Notes under the pieces: generated by a model
What the model was told of the DNA's origin: nothing
Database searches by the model: none
Seen by the model: the letters and a program-made list of their open reading frames with translations, nothing else
From: Oscillospiraceae bacterium
GTDB taxonomy: Bacteria; Bacillota; Clostridia; Oscillospirales; Oscillospiraceae
NCBI GenBank assembly: GCA_017540565.1
Contig: JAFYAU010000034.1
Span: 40,335-104,334 of the forward strand
Length of the DNA stretch: 64,000 bases
Direction of reading: 5' to 3'
Made by a program: the position numbers and the translations under genes
Part shown: in pieces, positions 35,139 to 43,946 of the stretch
Numbering within the stretch: position 1 is the stretch's first letter
How the letters are laid out: every line of letters begins with the position of its first letter

Positions 35139-37091
35139 ATGAACCGCTTTTTTCCCCATCTGGGCAGCAGTCTGAAGGTCGGCAATGTGCTTCTGAAAAA
35201 CCGCATCGTCAACGCCCCCATGGCGCCCCCGGAAATGGGTCCCATCGGAGACATGACGCCGGAAAACATCGGTTTTTACGGTCTGCGCGCCAGAGGCGGC
35301 GCAGCTGTGATCACTGTGAGTGAGGGCATCGTCCATACGAAAACGGGCCGCAGCCACACCAAGCATCTTTCCCTGGATAATCCCATGATGCTCCCCTCCC
35401 TGGCGGAGACGGCGCGGGAGATCCACTATCATAACGCGCTTGCCAGCATCGAGCTTTCCCATGGGGGAAAATACGCCGGCAACCGCGTACAGGGGCAGGA
35501 TCCGAACGCCGTGACCCGCTACGGCCCCATCGATGAGGTCCTTTCCGACGGGCGGGTGGTGCACGCCATGCCGGAGGAGCTGATCCTGGAGATCGCCGAC
35601 TGTTTCGGCAGTGCCGCCGCCATGTGCAAGAGGGCGGGGTTCGACATGGTGCTGGTCCACGCCGCGCACGGGTGGCTCCTGAGCCAGTTCATGAGCCCTG
35701 GGACCAACAAAAGGACGGATAAGTGGGGCGGAAGCCGCGAAAACCGCATGAGATTCCCCCTCCTGGTGGTGGAAAAGATCCGGGAAGCGGTGGGCCCGGG
35801 CTTTCCCATCGAATTCCGGCTGAGCGGTTCGGAGTATGTGGAGGGCGGTTACGATATCAATGAATGCATAGAGATGTGCCGAATGCTGGACGGCAAGGTC
35901 GACATACTTTACATCTCCGCCGGCGTGCATGAAAACCGCGACAGCTTCGTGATCACCCATCCCTCCATGTTCCTCCCCCACGGCAGCAACGTCCATCTGG
36001 CCGCCGCGGTGAAAAAGCACATGAAGCACACGCCCGTAGGCTGTGTGGGCGGCATCAATGACCCCGCGCAGGCGGAGGAGATCCTGGCGTCCGGTCAGGC
36101 GGATCTGATCTGCATGGCCAGGCAGCTGCTGGTGGATCCGGATTTTCCGAAAAAAGCCCTGTCCGGCCGGGCGGAGGATATCACGAAATGCTGCCGCTGC
36201 TTTACCTGTTTTGCCTCCACTCTGAACACCCGGGTCACGTCCTGTGCCCTGAACCCCGCCATCGGGCGGGAACTGGACCAGCGGTACGGCCGTCCCGCCA
36301 CCACGCCGAAGCGCCTGGTCATCGTGGGTGGAGGCCCCGGCGGGATGCAGGCGGCCCTGACGGCGCGCGAGCAGGGGCATGAGGTGATCCTTCTGGAAAA
36401 GGCCGACCGGCTGGGCGGCCAGCTGAACAGTGAGGAGTTCGTGCCTTTCAAGGCGGACCTGTACGCCTACGCCCGTCAGCAGGCGCGGCGGGTACTGGCG
36501 TCCGGTGCCGACGTCCGGCTGAATACGGAGGCCACGCCGGAGCTGATCGAATCCCTGAAACCGGACGCGCTGCTGCTTGCGGTCGGCGCCCGGCCGACCG
36601 TTCCGCCCATCCCCGGCGTCGATTCCGAAAAAGTAAAGGGACTGGAGGCTCTGCACCGGGCCAATCCGGATCTGGGTCAGAGAGTGGCGATCCTCGGCGG
36701 CGGTCTGGTGGGCAGCGAATCGGCGGTCTGGCTCAGCATGCTGGGCCGTGAGGTGACGGTCGTGGAGATGAAGGGCGATTACGCCTCCGAAGCCAACGAG
36801 ATGCATAAGATCGCTTTGGAACATGAGTTTGCCCGTTACGGCATCCGTATCTGTGTGAACACGGCGGCTCTGGCCGTCACGGAAGAGGGGCTTGTCTGCC
36901 GCGGGCCGGAGGGAGAGTTCACCGTCCCGTGTGACAGCGTGCTGCTGGCCGCCGGCATGCGCGCCGACTGGGACACGGTGGAACGCTTGCGGTACGCCGC
37001 TCCGTGGTACTGGGCCGTGGGAGACTGCGTCCGGGCCGGTCAGGTGGTCAACGCCACCGAACAGGGACACAACGCGGTATTGGATCTGTAA
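35139..37091 (+). CDS. NADH:flavin oxidoreductase of the 2-enoate reductase / 2,4-dienoyl-CoA reductase family (OYE barrel, 4Fe-4S, FAD/NAD(P) domain)
   Basis: HAAHGWLLSQFMSP..RTDKWGG OYE block, Cys cluster CCRCFTCF..C, and Rossmann motif VIVGGGPGGMQAA. Confidence 0.9.
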   Translation: MNRFFPHLGSSLKVGNVLLKNRIVNAPMAPPEMGPIGDMTPENIGFYGLRARGGAAVITVSEGIVHTKTGRSHTKHLSLDNPMMLPSLAETAREIHYHNALASIELSHGGKYAGNRVQGQDPNAVTRYGPIDEVLSDGRVVHAMPEELILEIADCFGSAAAMCKRAGFDMVLVHAAHGWLLSQFMSPGTNKRTDKWGGSRENRMRFPLLVVEKIREAVGPGFPIEFRLSGSEYVEGGYDINECIEMCRMLDGKVDILYISAGVHENRDSFVITHPSMFLPHGSNVHLAAAVKKHMKHTPVGCVGGINDPAQAEEILASGQADLICMARQLLVDPDFPKKALSGRAEDITKCCRCFTCFASTLNTRVTSCALNPAIGRELDQRYGRPATTPKRLVIVGGGPGGMQAALTAREQGHEVILLEKADRLGGQLNSEEFVPFKADLYAYARQQARRVLASGADVRLNTEATPELIESLKPDALLLAVGARPTVPPIPGVDSEKVKGLEALHRANPDLGQRVAILGGGLVGSESAVWLSMLGREVTVVEMKGDYASEANEMHKIALEHEFARYGIRICVNTAALAVTEEGLVCRGPEGEFTVPCDSVLLAAGMRADWDTVERLRYAAPWYWAVGDCVRAGQVVNATEQGHNAVLDL

Positions 37092-37112
37092 AGGCAAGGA
37101 GGAGCGTTCATC

Positions 37113-39080
37113 ATGTATACGTGCAGATATCCCCACCTGTTTGAACCCATCCGTCTGGGGCGCCAGCTGTTCCGGAACAGGCTTTTTGCCTCCCCCACCG
37201 GATTTCAGGATACGAATGAAAGCGGCTGGCTTCCCCCGGAGGCCGCGGCCTACTATGAGCGCAAAGCCATCGGCGGCGCCGCCAGCGTAGCCTCCTGCGA
37301 ATGCATCGTGGATTCGGAATACGGACTGGGAACGCCGCGCCATTTCCGGCTGGATGACCCCATGTCCCATTTCTCTCTTGCCCGGATCGCGCACGCCGTG
37401 TCCCGCCATGGAGCCGTCGCCAGCTGTGAGCTGCAGCACGCCGGCATGTTCGCCAACCGACAGCTGGCCATGTTCGGCGGCGGCAGCAATGGAAACGCCT
37501 ACGGTCCGGTGGAAACGGAACTCAACGGCCGTCTCGTTCTGCCCATGGATGAAGCGCTGATCGAGCGCACCATCGGCAAATACGCGGACGCTGCCGCAGC
37601 GGCAAAGGCGCTCGGCTTCGGCATGGTCACCGTGCACGCCGGCCACGGCTGGATGCTGCATCAGTTCCTCTCCCCTCTGACGAACACCCGCACGGACCGC
37701 TGGGGCGGCGCCTCCATCGAAAACAGAGCCCGCCTGCTGCTGTGCGTGCTGGAGGCCATACGCCGCAGAGTGGGCCCCGGTTTTCCCATTGAGGTCCGCA
37801 TCAGCGGCAGCGAGGCTTACGAGGGCGGCTACGGCATTGAAGAGGGGGTGGCGATCGCCCGTCAGCTGGACGGAAAGTGCGACCTGATCCACGTATCCGC
37901 CGGCAATCATGAGGTGGACGAGGTGTTCACCGTGACCCATCCTTCCATGTTCATGGAGGATGGCTGCAACGTGAAATACGCGGCGGAGATCCGAAAGCAC
38001 GTGCGCACGCCCGTGGCCGCGGTCGGCGCGCTGAGCGATCCGGCCCAGATGGAAGAGATCATCGCCTCGGGTCAGGCGGACGTGGTGGAAATGGCCCGTC
38101 AGCTGCTGGCTGATCCGGACACGCCCAACAAGCTGCGCACCGGCAGGGAAAACGAGGTCCGCCGCTGCATGCGCTGTCTGAGCTGCTTCTCCGCTGAACT
38201 GACGCACGGAGCGCCCTATTGTGCCATCAATCCGGAAACAGGACGCGAGCTGGAGATCAAATACGATTCCACGCCGGTCAGGACCCGGAAGCGCGTTCTG
38301 ATCGCCGGCGGCGGCATCGGCGGGATGCAGGCCGCTCTGACCTGCGCGGAGCGCGGACACGAAGTGATCCTCTGCGAAAGAGCCGGCCGTCTGGGAGGCG
38401 CCCTTCGCTGCGAAGAGAAGGTCCCCTTCAAGAAAAACCTCGATCGGTATCTCAACGCCCAGGAGCAGGCGGTGAAGGCCGCTCCCATCGATCTGCGGCT
38501 GAACACCGCCGTCACTCCGGAACTGGCGCGGGAGCTGGCGCCGGACGTGATCATCGCCGCCACCGGCGCACGCCCCGTAAAGCCTCCTATCCCGGGCGTC
38601 GATGGGGACAACGTCCTCAGCGCGGAATACGCTTACGTCCATCCGGAAGCGGTCGGAGAGCAGGTCGTGATCCTTGGGGCCGGGCTCGTAGGAGTCGAAC
38701 TGGGCATCTTCCTGGCCATGCAGGGGCGAAAGATCACGATCGTGGAGATGGCGCCGGAAATGAACGACGGTGGCAACTTCCTGCACGCCTCCGGCCTGCG
38801 GGTACAGATCCGGAAGTACGGCATCGGCATTCACTGCAATACCCGGGCCGAGCGGATCGCTCAGGACGGCGTCACCTGTTCCGCAGAGGGAAAAAGCGTT
38901 TTCTTCCCGGCGGATACGGTCGTATACGCCGTGGGTCAGCGCTCCATCGATGAGGATGCCCTGGCATTGAATCTCTGTGCGCCGGAGTTCTTCATGCTGG
39001 GCGACTGCGTGACCCCGAGGAACATCGTCAGCGCCACCGGCGCCGCTTATACCGTCGCGCGGGACATCGGCACAAGATGA
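37113..39080 (+). CDS. second NADH:flavin oxidoreductase of the same family (tandem paralog)
   Basis: HAGHGWMLHQFLSP..RTDRWGG, CMRCLSCF..C, and LIAGGGIGGMQAA. AAGGAGG RBS. Confidence 0.9.
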   Translation: MYTCRYPHLFEPIRLGRQLFRNRLFASPTGFQDTNESGWLPPEAAAYYERKAIGGAASVASCECIVDSEYGLGTPRHFRLDDPMSHFSLARIAHAVSRHGAVASCELQHAGMFANRQLAMFGGGSNGNAYGPVETELNGRLVLPMDEALIERTIGKYADAAAAAKALGFGMVTVHAGHGWMLHQFLSPLTNTRTDRWGGASIENRARLLLCVLEAIRRRVGPGFPIEVRISGSEAYEGGYGIEEGVAIARQLDGKCDLIHVSAGNHEVDEVFTVTHPSMFMEDGCNVKYAAEIRKHVRTPVAAVGALSDPAQMEEIIASGQADVVEMARQLLADPDTPNKLRTGRENEVRRCMRCLSCFSAELTHGAPYCAINPETGRELEIKYDSTPVRTRKRVLIAGGGIGGMQAALTCAERGHEVILCERAGRLGGALRCEEKVPFKKNLDRYLNAQEQAVKAAPIDLRLNTAVTPELARELAPDVIIAATGARPVKPPIPGVDGDNVLSAEYAYVHPEAVGEQVVILGAGLVGVELGIFLAMQGRKITIVEMAPEMNDGGNFLHASGLRVQIRKYGIGIHCNTRAERIAQDGVTCSAEGKSVFFPADTVVYAVGQRSIDEDALALNLCAPEFFMLGDCVTPRNIVSATGAAYTVARDIGTR

Positions 39081-39130
39081 GCAGTGCAGGCGGCGATCAG
39101 CATCAACCAAACGAATTTTGAGGTGATATC

Positions 39131-39511
39131 ATGGAAAAGAAAGTACTCAGCACATCCAGCGCCCCGGCTGCCATCGGCCCGTATTCCCAGGCCATTCAGG
39201 CCAACGGCTTCGTCTTCGTCTCCGGGCAGATCCCCATCGACCCGGCCACCGGTGCCTTTGCCGGGGACGACATCGTCAGCCAGACCCATCAGTGCCTGAA
39301 GAACGTCCGGGAGATCCTGCGTCAGGCGGGTGCGGACATGACGAACGTCGTCCGGGCAGACGTCTACCTGAAGCACATTTCGGACTTTGCCGCGATGAAC
39401 GAGGTGTACGCCCAGTATTTTGAGGGCGCCTGTCCCGCACGCGCCGCCGTACAGGTGGCCGCCATCCCCAGAGACGCTCTGGTGGAGATCGAGGTCATCG
39501 CGGCGCTGTAA
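39131..39511 (+). CDS. ridA: RidA/YjgF-family reactive enamine/imine deaminase
   Basis: APAAIGPYSQAI..GFVFVSGQIP..PARAAVQVAALP-type pattern in a 126-aa protein. Confidence 0.9.
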   Translation: MEKKVLSTSSAPAAIGPYSQAIQANGFVFVSGQIPIDPATGAFAGDDIVSQTHQCLKNVREILRQAGADMTNVVRADVYLKHISDFAAMNEVYAQYFEGACPARAAVQVAAIPRDALVEIEVIAAL

Positions 39512-39531
39512 ACCAGCCGGAATACAGATCA

Positions 39532-39566
39532 GCCGCCGCGGATCGTTATCCCGCGGCGGCTTTTTT
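39532..39566 (+). terminator. intrinsic terminator after ridA
   Basis: GCCGCCGCGGAT-CGTT-ATCCCGCGGCGGC (one bulged C) followed by TTTTTT. Confidence 0.85.
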
Positions 39567-39579
39567 CATGATCGCAACG

Positions 39580-40485
39580 TCAGAGGCTGATGTTGTGCTT
39601 TTTGCAGATGTATTTTATAAACTTCCGTATTAACTCCGTTTCATTTTCTTCCTTCCACGCCATGCATAGCTCATGGGTGGGCTTCCCGCCGTTTACGGGA
39701 AATACCCGCAGATTATGGAATCCGGAAGGGCGGATCTTTCCAACATAGGCGTACCCGTCGTTATGTTCCACACTGTACATCAGGGTTTCAAAATTTGGGA
39801 CGCTCTTTCTGTTATTGTTCTGGGCTCCGACGGATTTCAGATATGCCTCCACATTGGAATAATCCATGTTGGCAGACAGGGAATAAAACGTCTGCTTATC
39901 CAGCGCCGCCATATCGAGGGCGTCGTTCTTCACAGCCGGGTTATCCTTCCTTACGGCAATACATGAGCTCAGTTTCAAAATGGGAACAGATCTGATCTTA
40001 TTGGCGTTCCTCAGGATGAAGCTCTGCAGAAACACCACATCCACATTTCCAAGACTAATCATCCGATAAAGATTGCCCGCTTCATACAGATGCACGTCCA
40101 TGTAGATCTCAGGATGGATCTGATTGTATTCCGCAATTATATCCGTCAGATTGGAATATTCCTCGTTAACATTGATCGTTGAAGGCAGTCCGATCTTCAG
40201 AATGCTCCGGCTCCCTTCTTTTAGCTCCTTGATTTCTTCGACGGCGTCACAGATGCTGGCAAAGGGGACCTGGATCCGGTCGTAGAACAAGCGGCCCTCC
40301 GGAGTAAGCGAGATCCCTCTCGCCCTCCGGTTGAACAGCTTCACGTCCAATCCCTCCTCCAGGCGCTGGATCATTTTGCTCAGTGCCGCCTGAGAGACAT
40401 AGCTGTTCTCTGCCGCGGCCGTGATGTTGAGCGTTTCCGCGACTTCTATGAAAGCCGCTACCTGCTGGAAAGTGATGCTGTACAT
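39580..40485 (-). CDS. LysR-family transcriptional regulator
   Basis: N-terminal wHTH FQQVAAFIEVAETLNITAAAENSYVSQAALSKMIQRLEEGLDVKLFNR plus a LysR substrate-binding domain. The gene is markedly AT-rich: the 60 nt from 39601 contain 21 G+C. Confidence 0.9.
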   Translation of the reverse strand: MYSITFQQVAAFIEVAETLNITAAAENSYVSQAALSKMIQRLEEGLDVKLFNRRARGISLTPEGRLFYDRIQVPFASICDAVEEIKELKEGSRSILKIGLPSTINVNEEYSNLTDIIAEYNQIHPEIYMDVHLYEAGNLYRMISLGNVDVVFLQSFILRNANKIRSVPILKLSSCIAVRKDNPAVKNDALDMAALDKQTFYSLSANMDYSNVEAYLKSVGAQNNNRKSVPNFETLMYSVEHNDGYAYVGKIRPSGFHNLRVFPVNGGKPTHELCMAWKEENETELIRKFIKYICKKHNISL

Positions 40486-40508
40486 ATCTTACCTCCAGAG
40501 ATGATGAA

Positions 40509-40557
40509 GCAGGGCAGAATGCGGTCATCCTGCGGACGACGCTGCATTCTGCCCTGC
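40509..40557 (-). terminator. 14-bp hairpin between the distal DUF126 gene and lysR (terminator or attenuator)
   Basis: GCAGGGCAGAATGC (40509-40522) pairs with GCATTCTGCCCTGC (40544-40557). The minus-strand tail TTCATCAT is only weakly U-rich. Confidence 0.5.
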
Positions 40558-40580
40558 CTTCTGCCTGTTCGGCTTTCGGA

Positions 40581-40985
40581 TCAGTCTTTCTTCTCGATCT
40601 CGATATAACCGTCGTCTGCGTTTACGAAGATTATATCACCGGTCTCGATGTATTGTAAGGGGTCTTCTTCAAAATCCGTCATGGCGGGAACATGCCCCTG
40701 CGTCATGCACCCCACGGTAAGCGGGCTGCTTTTCGTATGCACGAACGCCGCCGGCTTTTTTCCGAACCCGTAGGCCAGAAAGCCGCCGGATCCCCGCGCG
40801 GAGTAGAAGCACAGCACCTTATCCGTATACGGGACTCGGTACAGAGGATGGTTTCGCTCTGTCGTATAGCCATTTTCGGCGGAAACGTTCGTGAATCCCT
40901 GCAGATACTTCGGCGCAACCAGCGCCTCCGCTTTCACCTTTCCGGGATACTCACAGCGGCCGTAGATTCTTTTTATGCTCATCAT
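40581..40985 (-). CDS. aconitase X swivel-domain protein (DUF126), distal copy
   Basis: RIYGRCEYPGKV..EALV...GGFL.YGFGKKPA.FVH...SPLTVGCMTQGHVPAMTDFEEDP. Most residues are identical by eye to the copy at 41079-41486. Confidence 0.85.
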   Translation of the reverse strand: MMSIKRIYGRCEYPGKVKAEALVAPKYLQGFTNVSAENGYTTERNHPLYRVPYTDKVLCFYSARGSGGFLAYGFGKKPAAFVHTKSSPLTVGCMTQGHVPAMTDFEEDPLQYIETGDIIFVNADDGYIEIEKKD

Positions 40986-41078
40986 TATCCCCCATTCTCA
41001 CGTTGCGGGAGCAACACGTCTGCGTCCGCCGGCAGACGATCCGGTGATCGCCTGCCGGCCGTAGGGCCGCAGATAACG

Positions 41079-41486
41079 TCACTTTTCCTTTTTCGTGATC
41101 TCGATGTACCCTTCGTCCGCGTTGATGAACACGGTATCTCCGGTCTCGATGTACTTCATCGGATCCTCTTCGAAATCCGTCATGGCGGGAACGTGGCCCT
41201 GCGTCATGCACCCCACAGTGAGCGGGCTGCTTTTCGTGTGCACGAAGCCCGCGGGCTTCTTGCCGAATCCGTACTGCAGAAAGCCGCCGGACCCGCGGGG
41301 AGAATAGAAGCAGAGGATCTTTCCGGTATAGGGAACTCTGTACAGCGGATGATTCCTCTCCGTGGTGTAGCCCTTGGCAGGGGCAACGTTCGTGAACCCC
41401 TGCAGATATTTCGGCGCTACCAGCGCTTCGCCTTCCACTTTGCCGGGGTACTCGCACCGGCCGTAGATCCTTTTCTTTTCTGCCAT
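41079..41486 (-). CDS. aconitase X swivel-domain protein (DUF126), proximal copy
   Basis: Same family as the distal copy. ATG 41486 has GGAGG 8 nt upstream and lies 5 nt after the DUF521 stop. The GTG 41501 track start was rejected. Confidence 0.85.
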   Translation of the reverse strand: MAEKKRIYGRCEYPGKVEGEALVAPKYLQGFTNVAPAKGYTTERNHPLYRVPYTGKILCFYSPRGSGGFLQYGFGKKPAGFVHTKSSPLTVGCMTQGHVPAMTDFEEDPMKYIETGDTVFINADEGYIEITKKEK

Positions 41487-41491
41487 TGCGC

Positions 41492-42820
41492 TTACCTCCA
41501 CTCGCCGTGCCAGGTGCCCGTCAGAGCGGCGTCGATGCAGTCATCCTGCGTGCCGTAGCAGACCTGCAGGAAGTCGCCCTCATCGGCGTAGCAGCCCGTG
41601 ATGTACTGGGCCTGCTTTGCCGTGTCGACGGCGATGCAGTCCACTCCCTCGGGCACAGCGCCCATGGCGGCCAGGCAGGCGCCGGACATCAGGGTAGCAC
41701 CAGCGGCCTTGAAGATGTCGACGTAGCCCAGATCTCTGGCGTGATTGTACAGCCAGGGAGCGGTCATGATCCAGAGGGGGATCTTGCACTTCTTGCCTTC
41801 CAGCTTCCGAGTCAGCAGCATCAGATCCACGATATTCAGATGCGGGCAGCCCAGATATACCATGTCGACCTTGTCGGTCTTGTGGTAGTTCAGACCCTCG
41901 TAGGTCTTCCGCAGGATGCTGTCGTCGATCATGACCTCACGGACGAAGGGCTTTCCGCCGGTGGCGAACTCGATGGTCGGGGCCTCCGGAGTAAAGCCGG
42001 GCATGTGGTACATGCTGACGGCGCCGCCGGTCTGGCAGGCGGAGTTGAACTTCTGGTACTGGGTGGTGGTCGGCCGGGTCGTTCCGGTCACGACGGGGAC
42101 TTCCACGTCGCAGGCCTCGCCGACGGCAAAGCCGTAAACGTCAAATTCCATGTCGGTGTGGATCAGGCGGTCGGTCTTGACCAGGATCGTGCCGTAACGA
42201 TTCTCGGTCACGCGCATGCCGTAGTGGGGCGCCTTGCCGAGGATGGCCGTGGCAAGGGAGCCGTCGATGTTCGTCCGGGCGCCGAGGGTGGCGTTGCAGT
42301 ACGGCATCTGGCTGCTTTCGAACCAGGCGCACTGGGCGCCCACGCTGGGCAGATAGGACATCGTCAGGTAGTTGGCACAGGAGTGGGTGGTGATCATGCC
42401 CATCTTCTTCAGAAGATCCATCTCTTCCTTATGCAGCGCTTTTTCATGGAACGCGGGATCGTCGTGACGCAGCGCCGGGTTCCGGTAGGAGCAGATGTTG
42501 CACTGTTCCCAGCCGTGGATGGGGGCTTCTTCATAGAAGGGGCTCTTGTTGGCGAAGGTGGGCACCTTGAAACGGCCGCCCTGGGCGACGAATTCCGCCA
42601 ATTCGTCATACGTGAAGCCGATGTACTGGTTCAGGTTGAATCCAGGCGTATGCATGTCGCACGTTCCGTCCAGGTCCACCAGCTTGTCCGCGCCGGAGAT
42701 GCGGCACAGCTCCACCAGATACTGCATGCATTTCTGCTTGACCGTTCCCTCTTCTCCCTGAAGGATCCGCTTCTCTTCATCAGTCAGAGCAGGCATCGGC
42801 CATTTTGTCGCTTGTTCCAT
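41492..42820 (-). CDS. aconitase X catalytic-domain protein (DUF521), large subunit
   Basis: A 442-aa Cys-rich protein with a DUF521-like pattern (ILQGEEGTVKQKCMQYLV..., THSCANY, CAWFESSQ). It is immediately followed by DUF126 genes, as in two-subunit AcnX. Confidence 0.85.
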   Translation of the reverse strand: MEQATKWPMPALTDEEKRILQGEEGTVKQKCMQYLVELCRISGADKLVDLDGTCDMHTPGFNLNQYIGFTYDELAEFVAQGGRFKVPTFANKSPFYEEAPIHGWEQCNICSYRNPALRHDDPAFHEKALHKEEMDLLKKMGMITTHSCANYLTMSYLPSVGAQCAWFESSQMPYCNATLGARTNIDGSLATAILGKAPHYGMRVTENRYGTILVKTDRLIHTDMEFDVYGFAVGEACDVEVPVVTGTTRPTTTQYQKFNSACQTGGAVSMYHMPGFTPEAPTIEFATGGKPFVREVMIDDSILRKTYEGLNYHKTDKVDMVYLGCPHLNIVDLMLLTRKLEGKKCKIPLWIMTAPWLYNHARDLGYVDIFKAAGATLMSGACLAAMGAVPEGVDCIAVDTAKQAQYITGCYADEGDFLQVCYGTQDDCIDAALTGTWHGEWR

Positions 42821-42917
42821 TGATTATAACCTCCTAATTATTGATCCGCGTCCGTCGGCCCGATGCCCGCGGAAAAGCGGAACGGTCCGTTTTTCCCGCG
42901 GGCGGGCCCTGCAATTG

Positions 42918-43946
42918 TCATTTTGCCATGGCGGCGGCAATATTGGCCGCTTCTCTCTTCTTCACTCCGAAGTAGTCGATGATCAGAGATACGATGAGCA
43001 GTACGCCCTGCAGGATGATGACGTAGTATTCGGACACGTGCAGGATGTTGAGCATGTTCTCGAAGATGTTGATCAGAAATACCGCGATCAGTGGGCCGAT
43101 CAGTTCGCCCGTCCCGCCGAAGAAGGACACGCCGCCCAGCACCGCAGCGGACGTTGCCGTCATGTTGGGTGCGGAGGAGATGATGGACGTCGGACTGGCC
43201 ATCTTGGTCTGGCAGCTCCAGAATACGCCGCCGAACACGGCAAGGGTCGAGTTGACGCAGAACAGGATCGTTCTCATCTTCATGGGGTTCAGGCCGCACA
43301 GACGCGCCGCGGCGGGGTTGCTGCCGGACATGTACAGGCTCCGGCCGAATTTCGTCTTGAACAGAATGTATTCGACGATAATGAGGATAACGATGGCGAT
43401 GATGAACATCAGCGGGACCGGGCCAAATGTCTTCTGTCCAAAGGCAACTATGGCCTCGTCGCTGATCTGAACGTTGTCTCCCTTGGAAACAACATTGCAG
43501 AGTCCTGTATATACGGACGAGATGCCGATGGTCGCGATAAACGCCGGCAGCTTCACCTCATTGACGAGGAAGGTGTTGATCAGGCCGAACACCAGGGCTA
43601 CGGCAAGGGTGATCAGAATGGTGCTCCACCAGCTGGACCACGTCTGCTTCAGAACAATCGCAAAGATCAGGGATCCGAGCGTGGCCTGGGAGGAGATGGA
43701 CATGTCGAAGTTGCCGCTGATCAGGATGCAGGACAGGCCGACCATCATCATGATCTGGATGACCAGGTTATAGAAGTTTGTGACCCAGTTTGTCCGTGAC
43801 ATGAATCCCTTGGTGAACATGGCACTGACAGGTGCGCCTTTCAGAACGCCGCTGGAATACACCATGGTGAAGATCATCATCACAATGAGGATGATCAGCA
43901 GCGGGAATGCCTTCTGCCTGACCATCTGCTTAAGAAATCTACGCAT
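42918..43946 (-). CDS. sugar-type ABC transporter permease (RbsC/BPD_transp_2 family)
   Basis: Multi-TM protein with the family-typical GG.DLS/GNFDMS block and a C-terminal basic tail. Confidence 0.9.
   Translation of the reverse strand: MRRFLKQMVRQKAFPLLIILIVMMIFTMVYSSGVLKGAPVSAMFTKGFMSRTNWVTNFYNLVIQIMMMVGLSCILISGNFDMSISSQATLGSLIFAIVLKQTWSSWWSTILITLAVALVFGLINTFLVNEVKLPAFIATIGISSVYTGLCNVVSKGDNVQISDEAIVAFGQKTFGPVPLMFIIAIVILIIVEYILFKTKFGRSLYMSGSNPAAARLCGLNPMKMRTILFCVNSTLAVFGGVFWSCQTKMASPTSIISSAPNMTATSAAVLGGVSFFGGTGELIGPLIAVFLINIFENMLNILHVSEYYVIILQGVLLIVSLIIDYFGVKKREAANIAAAMAK

Noticed and set aside
35139-39080. bai (bile acid 7-alpha-dehydroxylation) BaiCD/BaiH pair
   Set aside because: These genes belong to the same enzyme family, but none of the other bai genes (baiB, baiA, baiE, baiF, baiG) are nearby. 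Family membership alone does not support the call.
34938-39110. 1390-aa ORF on the minus strand
   Set aside because: It is antisense to the two enoate reductase genes, has no motifs, and is a high-GC artefact.
32567-39511. tdc-like (TdcE/TdcD/TdcF) threonine/2-oxobutyrate formate-lyase operon analogy
   Set aside because: The GRE lacks the PFL/TdcE Cys-Cys motif and has a PFL2-type N-terminus. No threonine dehydratase or transporter is present, and terminators separate the units.
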